This document shows positions 1-9,677 of a stretch of DNA of 64,000 bases, one piece after another. Under the pieces are notes generated by a model that saw only the letters and a program-made list of their open reading frames with translations, made no database searches and was not told the DNA's origin. The DNA comes from a virus (taxonomy: Duplodnaviria > Caudoviricetes): positions 360-64,359 of the IMG/VR virus record IMGVR_UViG_3300025168_013778; one strand, written 5' to 3'. Both the position numbers and the translations under genes were made by a program. Positions within the stretch are counted from its first letter, which is position 1; each line of letters starts with the position of its first letter.

Positions 1-171
1 ACTCGTTAGGTGGAATTGTTTGAACGGTGAATACGTATACTTTAAAACTTGTTTAATTATATAGTCATCATTGTACTCTTTAATGATGTCAATCTTATCA
101 TTAGTTGAGTTGGTGGCCTTTAGTTTATCCACAAATTCTTGTATTCTTTTTAAATCTATATTTTCATTCAT
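1..171 (-). CDS. ATP-dependent DNA ligase, N-terminal part (runs off window start)
   Basis: Not in ORF track. Manual translation from ATG 171 gives MNENIDLKRIQEFVDKLKATNSTNDKIDIIKEYNDDYIIKQVLKYTYSPFKQFHLTS, which resembles the T4 gp30-type ligase N-terminus (..STKQKQAILE..LLKRVYRLTYS..Q.Y). Confidence 0.65.
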   Translation of the reverse strand, partial: MNENIDLKRIQEFVDKLKATNSTNDKIDIIKEYNDDYIIKQVLKYTYSPFKQFHLTS

Positions 172-192
172 AGGTTAATTATTTTTATTTTT

Positions 193-663
193 TTATTTAT
201 CCCAGCTTATTTTTTGTACTTTAATTCCGTCATAAGTATACTCACTCTGTATTCCCATTAACTTAAGAAAGTTTTTAACTTCAGCTACAGCCTCATTTCT
301 AATTTCAGTACGAATTGTTTTATTTACTTGATTACCCCAAAGACTGTCATACTTAGAGTCATAACCACCCCAGTAGTTTTTCTTTGTTCTTGTAGCTTTA
401 GCAATTTCCACCAATACTTTTTCGGCACCGTAACTTGGTTTTTTTTCTACCTGACCCTTAACTTTTATGTTTACAAAAATTCTACCCCATTTATTATTAC
501 ACGGTGTTAGATGACAATACTCATCTTCTTGCTCCGCTTTAACCATTGTAATACGATAATCAATATCCAAACCACCTCTCCAAGAACGAGTAGAGTCTAG
601 AGTGTTTAGAGAAAATCTTTTTTTCTTAATAATTCGTTTTAGTTGTATAGGTAATTTTTTCAT
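193..663 (-). CDS. hypothetical basic protein, probably early
   Basis: 156-aa ORF directly behind a consensus Bacteroidota promoter. Confidence 0.7.
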   Translation of the reverse strand: MKKLPIQLKRIIKKKRFSLNTLDSTRSWRGGLDIDYRITMVKAEQEDEYCHLTPCNNKWGRIFVNIKVKGQVEKKPSYGAEKVLVEIAKATRTKKNYWGGYDSKYDSLWGNQVNKTIRTEIRNEAVAEVKNFLKLMGIQSEYTYDGIKVQKISWDK

Positions 664-667
664 ACTA

Positions 668-698
668 CAAAGATAAGAAATTTTAATTAAACCACAAA
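668..698 (-). promoter_or_regulatory. Bacteroidota primary-sigma promoter (TTTG-N19-TATCTTTG)
   Basis: Minus strand reads TTTG tggtttaattaaaatttct TATCTTTG tagt ATG, matching the -33/-7 consensus TTTG/TAnnTTTG. Confidence 0.8.
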
Positions 699-721
699 GA
701 TAATTTTAATTTTTTTTGCAT

Positions 722-744
722 AAAAAAAGAGGTATAAAACCTCT
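722..744 (-). terminator. intrinsic terminator
   Basis: Minus strand AGAGG-ttttata-CCTCT followed by a T run; short stem. Confidence 0.5.
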
Positions 745-803
745 ATAAACATTTTCAGAACCATAATGGTCTTTGAACCTCCGTATACTAAGGCCTACTA
801 ATG

Positions 804-887
804 TTACACTCCTAAATAAAAAACAATCACCATAATGATTATGTATAGAACTGGAGTTACGTCTATTTTTGGTTGTGTTGTGTCCAT
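804..887 (-). CDS. 27-aa single-TM micro-protein (MDTTQPKIDVTPVLYIIIMVIVFYLGV)
   Basis: Manual translation; hydrophobic C-terminal half; preceded by TACTTATTAGT-ATG, nearly the same as TATTTATTAGT-ATG before ORF 57976. Confidence 0.5.
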   Translation of the reverse strand: MDTTQPKIDVTPVLYIIIMVIVFYLGV

Positions 888-958
888 ACTAATAAGTAAT
901 ATAAATTACTTAAAAATAGAGTAAGTGTGTGTTATATTATTGTTAAATAATTATTAAC

Positions 959-2509
959 CTATTGTCTGTAGTCCGCTGGTGGATTACCAAAATAATTAGC
1001 TTGATTTACTACTTGGAATTTAACTGTTTCAAAGTAAGTATTTTTTTCTAAGTTAGAAATTGCTTGGATATCTATAAAGTATTCGTTAGGGACCATATCA
1101 CCTGTGTCTATCATAAAATAGTTTTGATTGTGGGTTCTATTTATTTTAGTCCATTCTTGAGTCTCAACCTGAGTTGTTCCTTGTTTAACGTACACCCTAT
1201 ACTGTAATAAATCTAAAGCTACTGGGAAATTAGTGGTATATTGTTGTCTAGCTGAAACTAGGACTTTTCTTATGTCCCCATTTACGATTTTTTCATCCAT
1301 TTTAAGACCTGATACAGAATAACCGTAGTGTTTTGGTAATCCAGCGTTAGTTCCTATGTCAAAATAATCAGAATTTGACTTTAATGTTACTTTATTAGTT
1401 ACCTCATCTTGACAATTACCGTTAATATTTAAATTAAACCATCTATCTTTAAACATACATGGTGAAACATATTCGTCACAAGCAACTGTAAAACAAGCAC
1501 AATAAACACCTTTTGTCACTTGAGATGCTGTAACAGTACTTATAGCTGTCCCTCCATTATCGTAAAGTTGTACGGTAGGTAAATTATCTAAATTTACTGG
1601 AACACCACCAGCGTTTACGTACAAATATAAACAATTACTTTTACCCGCGTAGAAAAAATCTCTATCGTCTGAAATATAATCGTCATATACAGTTTCAAGA
1701 TAAGGTTCAAAAAATGTCTGAGTATACTTAGTAAAAAAACCAACAGAATAACTTTCTGTTAAACCAGTTAATCTCTCCAACTGCTCTACAAACGCTACCC
1801 CATACCCACTTATGTTCCTACTACCAGATAATACACCATTTATTTCTGTAGTAACATCAAAAGCTATGTTTTCATTACCATTGTCGAAAGTTTGGGTGTC
1901 AATTATTTCCGGGGAACAAGTAGTGTAGTTGTATATACCCATACATGGCCATGATGAAGTGGTAGTTGCAGAATACCAGTTACTAGGTACAGTAGAAAAA
2001 GATTTATCATCTAACCCAACAAAGTCACTAGACATATTACTATAATCATAACCCACCCCCTCACTCCAAGTCGTACCTGTAGGCACTTTAAATAAAATTA
2101 AATCAAATGAACTTGCTCTTCTTTTATTTTTTGCGGTTATAGTATTTAATAATTCGTCATCAAAAAAAGAAGTATTTACCATTCTTATTGTATGTTTAGC
2201 TATAGAGTTGTTACATCCATGACTACCCGTTATAATGGTTTTGTTTGACACTTTACTTTCTAAGTCCGTAATGTCTAAGTCAAAAATAAATCTACTATAG
2301 TCATTATTTATACGAATAGATGTGTAACCAGTTAAAGCTACCCCTTCTGGATTAACACAAATATCTGCAGGAATACCAGTAAACTTACAATCTCTTCTCG
2401 ATGAGCCACCACCATAATATATTTCAGTTACTGGGTTTTTAGCTGTATTAGTCTGGTCGTAAGACAATAAAGTGTTATTTTTCTTAAAATATGATTTGTG
2501 TACGGACAT
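959..2509 (-). CDS. putative virion structural (baseplate-region) protein
   Basis: 516 aa, beta-rich composition, many [ST]Gx[TS] motifs, next to the spike gene, TATTTAT motif upstream. Confidence 0.55.
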   Translation of the reverse strand: MSVHKSYFKKNNTLLSYDQTNTAKNPVTEIYYGGGSSRRDCKFTGIPADICVNPEGVALTGYTSIRINNDYSRFIFDLDITDLESKVSNKTIITGSHGCNNSIAKHTIRMVNTSFFDDELLNTITAKNKRRASSFDLILFKVPTGTTWSEGVGYDYSNMSSDFVGLDDKSFSTVPSNWYSATTTSSWPCMGIYNYTTCSPEIIDTQTFDNGNENIAFDVTTEINGVLSGSRNISGYGVAFVEQLERLTGLTESYSVGFFTKYTQTFFEPYLETVYDDYISDDRDFFYAGKSNCLYLYVNAGGVPVNLDNLPTVQLYDNGGTAISTVTASQVTKGVYCACFTVACDEYVSPCMFKDRWFNLNINGNCQDEVTNKVTLKSNSDYFDIGTNAGLPKHYGYSVSGLKMDEKIVNGDIRKVLVSARQQYTTNFPVALDLLQYRVYVKQGTTQVETQEWTKINRTHNQNYFMIDTGDMVPNEYFIDIQAISNLEKNTYFETVKFQVVNQANYFGNPPADYRQ

Positions 2510-2530
2510 TAGTTTTTTATTAATAAATAT

Positions 2531-4201
2531 CTAGTTGATTCTTATATTTTTATTTAATACTGTTTTATCGAATTCTTTTAGCATTGTCTCCAAAGATTCC
2601 CAAGATTCCTTTCCTCCGTGTTGTGTTTTATCTACTGTAGGTGTGCCAGGTTCTTTATGTTCGTGGTACTTTAAAAAATCCACTATTGTTGTTAAAGCTT
2701 TTTTTAATTGTTCCCCCCTTACTAAAGGTTCAGTTTCCTTATCAATTAACTTAACTAAGGTTTTTTGGTCAATACCTAAATTTTCTCTAGCTGAAGGAAT
2801 GTTGGTGTTATCTACTAACGGAATGGTTTTTCCTCTATTTGGAATTCGTGTGTCGTGGGAGTAAAAAACTATTTTATCGGTTAACATGGTTATGACTCCT
2901 TGAGTTTTGGTCTCAGTACTTTCTTTATCATATTTTTTGACAATTTCTTTTGTAGGTACATTTTTTTCATTTCTAGACCAAGATAATCCCCAATATTGGT
3001 TACCGTTTACACCTATAAGTCTTATGTTTTCTTTTACTTTAGTGGCATTAGACGCGGTTGTGCTGTTAGGTATTAAAGTATCGTTAGAATTTAATTGATT
3101 TCTTAGAGTACTACTAGGTCTAAAGAAAAACGGGTGTAATGCTAGTATTTCTTCATTATTTGGTGCCGCAGAACCAATATCAATATATTCTCCAGATTTT
3201 ATGTAAGTACCATCACCTAAAAACCCTTCATATCCCCCCATACCCATGGGGTCAGTTAATTTCTTTCCGTTTCTATTGTCTACTTCTTCTAAAAATGTAT
3301 TAACTAAAGTTGTAACGCCTGAAAAACTTTGATTAAAAAAACTAACTCTTGCTCTTTCCTTAAGAGTAGCGACGGTTAAGATGGGTGTGGTCAGCCCCAT
3401 ATTTTTTGTTGTCACTTTTTCTTTGTCTGGCAAAGATTCTACCTTAAATAGAGTCACACTACCATTAAATTTACCATCTGATGGAGCTAAATCTAAAATA
3501 TCATATTCCACCACATAGTTTATATTACTTTCTTGTACACTTAATTCTTTTTCTTCTGTGGGTAATAAGGTTAATCCTTTTTCAAAACTATCTACTTGAA
3601 TTAAACTTTGTTTTACATTGTATATTGGGAATTCTGGTTTTTGGTTGTTGTGAGTAAATTTCCCTGAACGTAAAACTATTTGTCTATTTCCTAGAACAAC
3701 GTCCGAATTGTGTCTTCCATCTAAACTAATAGAACCTGGGTACGCAAAACTACCTTCTGAAACAGAAGAATCAGTTATTGCTCTTGCGGCTTCTACTCTA
3801 GTACCTTTAGAAGTGTGCAGTCTTCCATCTGCATATGCTTCACCACTTAATTTGTGGGGTTGGGAAATACTTGGTCCTAAATATTCTTTATTTTGAGTGT
3901 CGTTATCTGAACTATATAAAAATATTTTAACGTTTTCATTAGACTCTGGAACCACATTAATATAATAAGGCAGTAAAGGTGCAGAAATATGTGGGTCATC
4001 TTTACTCCAAAACACGTCTTCAGTTCTTGGATATAAATCTTTATTTTCCTGACTTATTTTTTGACATATGGACGTATCGTAGTCCTTGGGATTGTTACCA
4101 GAATAATTATCATCTGTTACAACTCTAATTCTACCAGCTAATAAAGGGTCGTCACTGTTTATACAAACCCCAAACAATATCATTTTTACATCTTTAGGCA
4201 T
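2531..4201 (-). CDS. baseplate central spike / gp5-gpV-like protein
   Basis: N-terminal OB-fold signature GVCINSDDPLLAGRIRV; middle 'LDGRHNSDVVL'; C-terminal 'EPLVRGEQL...HEH' with the HxH spike-tip motif. Confidence 0.7.
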   Translation of the reverse strand: MPKDVKMILFGVCINSDDPLLAGRIRVVTDDNYSGNNPKDYDTSICQKISQENKDLYPRTEDVFWSKDDPHISAPLLPYYINVVPESNENVKIFLYSSDNDTQNKEYLGPSISQPHKLSGEAYADGRLHTSKGTRVEAARAITDSSVSEGSFAYPGSISLDGRHNSDVVLGNRQIVLRSGKFTHNNQKPEFPIYNVKQSLIQVDSFEKGLTLLPTEEKELSVQESNINYVVEYDILDLAPSDGKFNGSVTLFKVESLPDKEKVTTKNMGLTTPILTVATLKERARVSFFNQSFSGVTTLVNTFLEEVDNRNGKKLTDPMGMGGYEGFLGDGTYIKSGEYIDIGSAAPNNEEILALHPFFFRPSSTLRNQLNSNDTLIPNSTTASNATKVKENIRLIGVNGNQYWGLSWSRNEKNVPTKEIVKKYDKESTETKTQGVITMLTDKIVFYSHDTRIPNRGKTIPLVDNTNIPSARENLGIDQKTLVKLIDKETEPLVRGEQLKKALTTIVDFLKYHEHKEPGTPTVDKTQHGGKESWESLETMLKEFDKTVLNKNIRIN

Positions 4202-4400
4202 TAGTATTTACTCTTTTTTTCAACTCAGTGTTTAATTTATTGTAGTCCCTTTCCAGCTCATCCATTTGATGAGTAAGCTGAATTACTGTATTTTTAGACT
4301 CGTCAAACCTACTTTTTAAAAATACCATAACATCAGCTAAGTCTTTATTAGGTACTTTACTATAATTCTCTAAAACATTTTTTATTTTTTCTATATCCAT
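4194..4400 (-). CDS. small coiled-coil hypothetical protein
   Basis: 68-aa ORF with heptad pattern, overlapping the spike gene start. Confidence 0.6.
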   Translation of the reverse strand: MDIEKIKNVLENYSKVPNKDLADVMVFLKSRFDESKNTVIQLTHQMDELERDYNKLNTELKKRVNTNA

Positions 4401-4403
4401 AAT

Positions 4404-6380
4404 TTAAACTATTAATCCTGTTCCTGTTCCACTTTCTGTTACACCAGGTCCTTGTGGACTTTTAACGTTCTGTGGGTAAGTAACAATTTTTACTACACTA
4501 TTTTCACTTCTTTCTTTTTCTACACCTCGTATACTATTATATAACATAACAACAGAAGCGTTTGGTGACCCATCTGCGTGGTCTGCGGTATTAAATCCAG
4601 TTTCTTGTAAATTTTCTAATACGTTTTGAAATGCTCTTGTATCACTAAATCCTGGTCTACTAGCAGTAGCAAATAAAAGTGGTTTAGGTATGTTTATTCC
4701 ACCCGGTGGTGGAGGTAATCTTAATAATTGTAATAAACTATTTAAGATAGACTTACAATTGGCTAAATCTTCTATTAACTGTAATGCTAACATTAATAAA
4801 TTAAGAAGGTTTTGTATAATAGCAAATTGTTTTAGATACTTTTCTTTTATTATTTCTTTCATAATCTGAGCGATAAGTTGTAAGATAATTCTTTTTATCT
4901 CATCAAAAAGTATCTCAATCATAAGTTTAAATAACCTTCTTACAATTTTTTTAATTAACCTAAAGAATTTTTTAACTAAATCCATAATGTCATTATTGTC
5001 AAAACTATTACCTTGTGATTTCATAGCTATAGCAATAGGTAAAAGGACTTTAGGTGTTAAAATAAGATTTATTAAAATTTTAGGTAACTCTTTAAGGATA
5101 TTTGCGTCAAAGTCAGCTTTTATATTTGGAAGATTAAATGATAAAGTATCGTCACCCATACTTTCAACGGCTTTATCTATGGACTGGTTTAGGTTCATAT
5201 CAATAATACCTTCATTACTCTCTGACAAAATACCATTTATATCTTCATTTAATTGGTCAACATTTATCCCTGTTTCTATATTGTCACAACTGGCAAACCT
5301 CATTAATCCTTTAACCTTTAAAGATGTTTCATCTTCTAAGTTTAATAAATCTTGTGGTCCAAAAGCAAAAAAATCTTCCTCCTCTCCTTCATAAGTGTCA
5401 GTTAAATGAGCAGTAGCAGAGGTACTTATTTCACCACCATCAGAACCATCCTCATCGTCACCACACATACCTAAAATACGTTTTATAATTTCAGCAAATT
5501 TACCATCCAACTCAACCTCTTTACCACTTCTATCGATTTGGACACTTAGTGACCCCATTAACACTTCAAAAATTTGAGCTAAAAAATTATGTTTTTCAAA
5601 AATTTTAACAGAGTCATAATAGTCTCTCATAAAATCAGTTACTTTTCGGTCATTTTCAGCACCTCCACAACCAAAATCAGCAATATTATTATCAGAAAAT
5701 GTGTTATCCACCCCAACAGGTCTAACTAAATAAGAATCAACCCCATCGAATTCTATGGTAAAAAGTCTATTTCCACTAAAACCCATGTAGTCTTCTTGGG
5801 TACTTGGATTTTCCAATCTACCATATAGTCCTTTATTGGCGGAAAAAGGAAAAGAACCAGTAACTATATCTTGTTTTTCGTAAGTAGCCTTACCTACATT
5901 AGATAGTGGACTATTTTTTAATAAACCGAATGGGTCTATACTCTTAACTGGTATTTTTAATAAATTAGCATCTACAGTAGATACTCCCCCATTAACCACA
6001 CAATTCCCGTTGTTAGTACCATTCGCTGAAGGTATTACAAAATTTAAATCACAGTTTAAAAACTGGACCATTTCCTCAAAAACAATCTCCTTAACCTCTG
6101 GTTCGTATTTACCTAATTTTTTAACTAAATTTTTTCTTATACGGGTTATACTTTCATTACCCCCACCTACTTTAATTAGGTCTAAAAAATACTCTATTAA
6201 GTTATTGGATTTTTCGTTTATAGAATCTATAGAACCCATTACATTTTTTAATGCGGTTTCTCTAGCTAAATCTTTTTTGGCCTTTATAACGTTACCAAAA
6301 TTCTGTAATTTAGATAAACCTTTCTTTTTTGCGTCTTTTGTGTCCTGTATTAGGTTTCTTTTTTTCTTTTCTTCAGCCAT
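4404..6380 (-). CDS. hypothetical protein, probably virion/baseplate associated
   Basis: 658 aa in the same run as the spike gene; long amphipathic Leu/Ile-rich helices in the C-terminal third. Confidence 0.5.
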   Translation of the reverse strand: MAEEKKKRNLIQDTKDAKKKGLSKLQNFGNVIKAKKDLARETALKNVMGSIDSINEKSNNLIEYFLDLIKVGGGNESITRIRKNLVKKLGKYEPEVKEIVFEEMVQFLNCDLNFVIPSANGTNNGNCVVNGGVSTVDANLLKIPVKSIDPFGLLKNSPLSNVGKATYEKQDIVTGSFPFSANKGLYGRLENPSTQEDYMGFSGNRLFTIEFDGVDSYLVRPVGVDNTFSDNNIADFGCGGAENDRKVTDFMRDYYDSVKIFEKHNFLAQIFEVLMGSLSVQIDRSGKEVELDGKFAEIIKRILGMCGDDEDGSDGGEISTSATAHLTDTYEGEEEDFFAFGPQDLLNLEDETSLKVKGLMRFASCDNIETGINVDQLNEDINGILSESNEGIIDMNLNQSIDKAVESMGDDTLSFNLPNIKADFDANILKELPKILINLILTPKVLLPIAIAMKSQGNSFDNNDIMDLVKKFFRLIKKIVRRLFKLMIEILFDEIKRIILQLIAQIMKEIIKEKYLKQFAIIQNLLNLLMLALQLIEDLANCKSILNSLLQLLRLPPPPGGINIPKPLLFATASRPGFSDTRAFQNVLENLQETGFNTADHADGSPNASVVMLYNSIRGVEKERSENSVVKIVTYPQNVKSPQGPGVTESGTGTGLIV

Positions 6381-6748
6381 TACATTGTGTAGGGTTTGTC
6401 ATTGGAGTTTGTTTCTCCCTTATTAATCATGGCATTTAAAGCTTCTCTATCGTCATCACTAAGTGAAAGACCAGTATTTTCAGTATTAAGTTGTTTTTGT
6501 AATAAGTTGGTTTGTATTTTAGCTAATTGTATCTTTTTTTCAATAGCAGAATCAACAATTTTTTGTTGTTCTTTTATTACAGGACCTAATAACTGTAGGT
6601 CATCTGGTCCCTGCATAAAACTTAACATTTTGTTCTGTATACGTATAGCGGTATTTCGTTGTTCTACACATTCGTTGTAGACTTCTTGCATTAATGCTAG
6701 AGCACTTTCTTTTTGAAAGGTAATTTGTTTCTTTTTTGGTCTTGGCAT
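6380..6748 (-). CDS. hypothetical helical protein
   Basis: 122-aa ORF with TATTTATA motif upstream; stop overlaps the next start. Confidence 0.6.
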   Translation of the reverse strand: MPRPKKKQITFQKESALALMQEVYNECVEQRNTAIRIQNKMLSFMQGPDDLQLLGPVIKEQQKIVDSAIEKKIQLAKIQTNLLQKQLNTENTGLSLSDDDREALNAMINKGETNSNDKPYTM

Positions 6749-6789
6749 AGTAAATTATTTTTATACCTATAAATATTTGAAACTAAACT

Positions 6790-7485
6790 TTACTCGTCTT
6801 GGAATTGCGTTGTAAGGGCTTTATAAATTACTTTATATTTTTTAAGTGAATTTCTAATCTCTTTTGTAGTTAAATTCGTCATTTCTCTCAGAGAAAGTAA
6901 AATTAAATTTTTATTAAATTTATTACCCGCTCCATGTAAGAATATCTCATTATAGTTAGTAAAGACTTCTATTAAAGCCATACCTATTTTTCTTTCATTT
7001 TCATTTAGATTAGTAATTGACATAAATTCTTCTATCTCATCGACTAATGTATTAATGAATTTATTAATGTCCACTTCTTCAGTGTCTATATAATATACTT
7101 GGTCTGGACGTTCTTCGATACTAGAAGACATGTCTTCATATGAAAGGGTTCTGTTTGTGTGTTTTTGGTCTTTGATTATTTGACCCATTAAATAATTTTT
7201 ACAAATTGTTCCGAAATAAGAATATGCTTTTTTACCTTTTTCGGGTTTAAACTTTTCAGCTTTTGTAATTAAAAAAGAAAGAGTGTCAGCGTGAATATCT
7301 CTAAATTCTTGACCTTTTCTATAAAGTTTATAACGTCTAATAATACTATCAATCATTTTATTTATGGGTGCATAGAGATGTTTTCTATAGACATCATTCC
7401 TTTGGTCCATAGTGGTAGCGGTCAAGAACATACATACAGCATGTTCTTGTTCGCGTCCAAAATAAAAAGTAGTTTTAGCAGTCAC
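6790..7485 (-). CDS. phage RNA polymerase sigma factor (T4 gp55-like late sigma)
   Basis: 'KFKPEKGKKAYSYFGTICKNYL' matches sigma region 2.3-2.4 (FDPEK..AFAYFT.I..N.F); C-terminal HTH-like segment. Confidence 0.7.
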   Translation of the reverse strand: MTAKTTFYFGREQEHAVCMFLTATTMDQRNDVYRKHLYAPINKMIDSIIRRYKLYRKGQEFRDIHADTLSFLITKAEKFKPEKGKKAYSYFGTICKNYLMGQIIKDQKHTNRTLSYEDMSSSIEERPDQVYYIDTEEVDINKFINTLVDEIEEFMSITNLNENERKIGMALIEVFTNYNEIFLHGAGNKFNKNLILLSLREMTNLTTKEIRNSLKKYKVIYKALTTQFQDE

Positions 7486-8276
7486 TAGTCAAGACTTGGT
7501 TCATATTTTATACCTCTATCGGTAGTGAAAAAATATTCTTTTTTAGCTGCATCAATCCAAAACTTAGCTTCGTCAGGATTTACAATTTCCTGTTCTTTAT
7601 TTCTATAATTCCAGAAAAGAGAGTTTTCTCTCATGTTAGTATGTTTGTAACCAACCTTAGGAATTGTCATAATTTTCTTATCGTTATATGTAGCTCTTAA
7701 TAAAAATTCATAAACAAATGTTAATTTCATGGAAGGTTTAAACCCACCTATGTCCTCAAAAGAAGACTTTTTAAATGCGACACCACTTGTTTGGAAATTT
7801 TGGTATTTTAATAGACACCCATTATCTAGGTAACCCATTTTATCACTAAAATTCATTGCCCATACAGCTTCATTAGTGAAGTTTAGGAATTCACCACCTT
7901 CGTTAACATCTACCACAATAGGTAAAAAGGCTTCTACATCATCGTATGCCTCAGCGTACTTCTTAAAATTGTCTATCCAAATATTTGAGAACTCATCATC
8001 AATTTCTAAAATTGTAAACCAGTCAGTCTCAATCCCCTCAACAGCAACATTAATTTGTGAAGTAAATTGGCTATCACCGTCATTCTCTATTAAAGTAACG
8101 TCTAAGTCACCAAAGTCATAACTTTCTAAAAAGTCTTTAACCTGTGGTGTGTGTACGACATAATTTTTATCTGCAACAACTTTTTGTGTTTTGATGCTTT
8201 CTATTGCTTTTCCGAAATACTCTTCTAATTGGGGAGTCATTTCATTAATTGGTATAATTGTACTAATAGTATTCAT
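7485..8276 (-). CDS. glycosyltransferase, GT2-like (GT-A fold)
   Basis: N-terminal 'ISTIIP', acidic 'EIDDE' motif, 'FEDIGGF', 'YEFLLR'. Confidence 0.75.
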   Translation of the reverse strand: MNTISTIIPINEMTPQLEEYFGKAIESIKTQKVVADKNYVVHTPQVKDFLESYDFGDLDVTLIENDGDSQFTSQINVAVEGIETDWFTILEIDDEFSNIWIDNFKKYAEAYDDVEAFLPIVVDVNEGGEFLNFTNEAVWAMNFSDKMGYLDNGCLLKYQNFQTSGVAFKKSSFEDIGGFKPSMKLTFVYEFLLRATYNDKKIMTIPKVGYKHTNMRENSLFWNYRNKEQEIVNPDEAKFWIDAAKKEYFFTTDRGIKYEPSLD

Positions 8277-8277
8277 T

Positions 8278-9366
8278 TTATTTTTCTTCTTTTTCTGTAA
8301 ATTTATTCAAAGCATTTGCAATATCATTTTCTTTTTCTTGGAAAAGTGACCCAAAATATTCTAATAACATTTCGCTTTGAGTTTTGTCATCATATTTTGC
8401 TACTGTTTCATCCATTTTTTTGTATAGTTCTTCAGGTACACTATCCTCCAACCAAGTCTTAACATAAGCGTTAATGACATCTACAATTGAGTTAAAGTCG
8501 TAAGTCCAGAAACCATTATCTTCTTCTAACCATTCTGGTTTTAGATTAGGTATTTTACCTACTACCGGTACACCAGATTTCATACACTCTAATGGGAAAG
8601 TTCCAAACCCAGAAATGTCATCAACCCAAACAGCACCACATGCTTCCTTCATATTACTAGCGAAATCATCAGTAGACATTCCTCTCATGTCTCTAAATGT
8701 TATCCATCTAAATTGTGGGTATTTAGTGTAAAAAGATTTTACAATTTTCATAGTGTCTCTAGGTTCTCTAGTATGTATTAACATAACAGGTGGTTGTAAA
8801 GTTTCACTTTTAGAAAATTTATCTGAAATACCATTAGGGATAACCGATACCTCAGCACCTGGGAACATCCCTCTAATGTATTCTCCAGAAACTCTAGAAG
8901 TAGTTATAACTCGATTAAATCCAAAATTCACCCAACTAGCTCCTGGTTGTAACATTTCAAATATGTAATCATATGATTGACAAAGTACGATTTTAGTACA
9001 AAACATCTCACCAGTCTGTTCCATAACATGAGCATACATTTCAGGTACAATTAAAAAATCAGAAGGCCCAACTTTAAGTTGTTGACTTTCAATAGAAGCA
9101 TGAGGAAGACTAGAGTACTCTTTACCTAACCAGTCAGAAAGACCCATAGTGTTTTCGTCTCCTTCAAATTTGTAATTGTCTTTTTCGTGTAAGATAATTG
9201 CGTCATATCCAGCATTATTTAATAGTTTAACGTATTCATAAATGACAGCAACAGATGCTTTAGGGGCACCTTGTGTGTCCTGTGTTAAAAAGTAAATTTT
9301 ACTTTTTTTGTTTTTTACTAAGGCTAGAGATTCCTCTAGGTTTTTAATTTTTTCTTCGTCTTTCAT
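8278..9366 (-). CDS. glycosyltransferase, GT4-like (GT-B fold)
   Basis: 'VIPNGI' and 'GFGTFPLECMKSGVPVV' GT4-type C-terminal motif. Confidence 0.75.
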   Translation of the reverse strand: MKDEEKIKNLEESLALVKNKKSKIYFLTQDTQGAPKASVAVIYEYVKLLNNAGYDAIILHEKDNYKFEGDENTMGLSDWLGKEYSSLPHASIESQQLKVGPSDFLIVPEMYAHVMEQTGEMFCTKIVLCQSYDYIFEMLQPGASWVNFGFNRVITTSRVSGEYIRGMFPGAEVSVIPNGISDKFSKSETLQPPVMLIHTREPRDTMKIVKSFYTKYPQFRWITFRDMRGMSTDDFASNMKEACGAVWVDDISGFGTFPLECMKSGVPVVGKIPNLKPEWLEEDNGFWTYDFNSIVDVINAYVKTWLEDSVPEELYKKMDETVAKYDDKTQSEMLLEYFGSLFQEKENDIANALNKFTEKEEK

Positions 9367-9368
9367 TT

Positions 9369-9677
9369 TTATTTTATTTCTTTTAAAACATTATTTTCGA
9401 TAAGGGTATTGAAGGCTAATTTAAAATCAAACCCCGTTTTATCTAAAGCTAAATAACTAATACTGTTATCCATCTCTTCACTTTGACTTAAGACAACCTC
9501 TAACATTAATCTAAATATTTCATATTTGGGTGCATTAATCTCAAATTTATTTCCGTCGGTATTACCAATCATTACTAATTCTAAAAATGCTTCAACATCT
9601 ATCACCATTTTAGCTCCATAACAATCTAATTGTAAGTTCTTTAAACTATTATTAAATACTTTTCTATTTATTTTCAT
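9369..9677 (-). CDS. hypothetical protein
   Basis: 102-aa ORF in operon. Confidence 0.55.
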   Translation of the reverse strand: MKINRKVFNNSLKNLQLDCYGAKMVIDVEAFLELVMIGNTDGNKFEINAPKYEIFRLMLEVVLSQSEEMDNSISYLALDKTGFDFKLAFNTLIENNVLKEIK

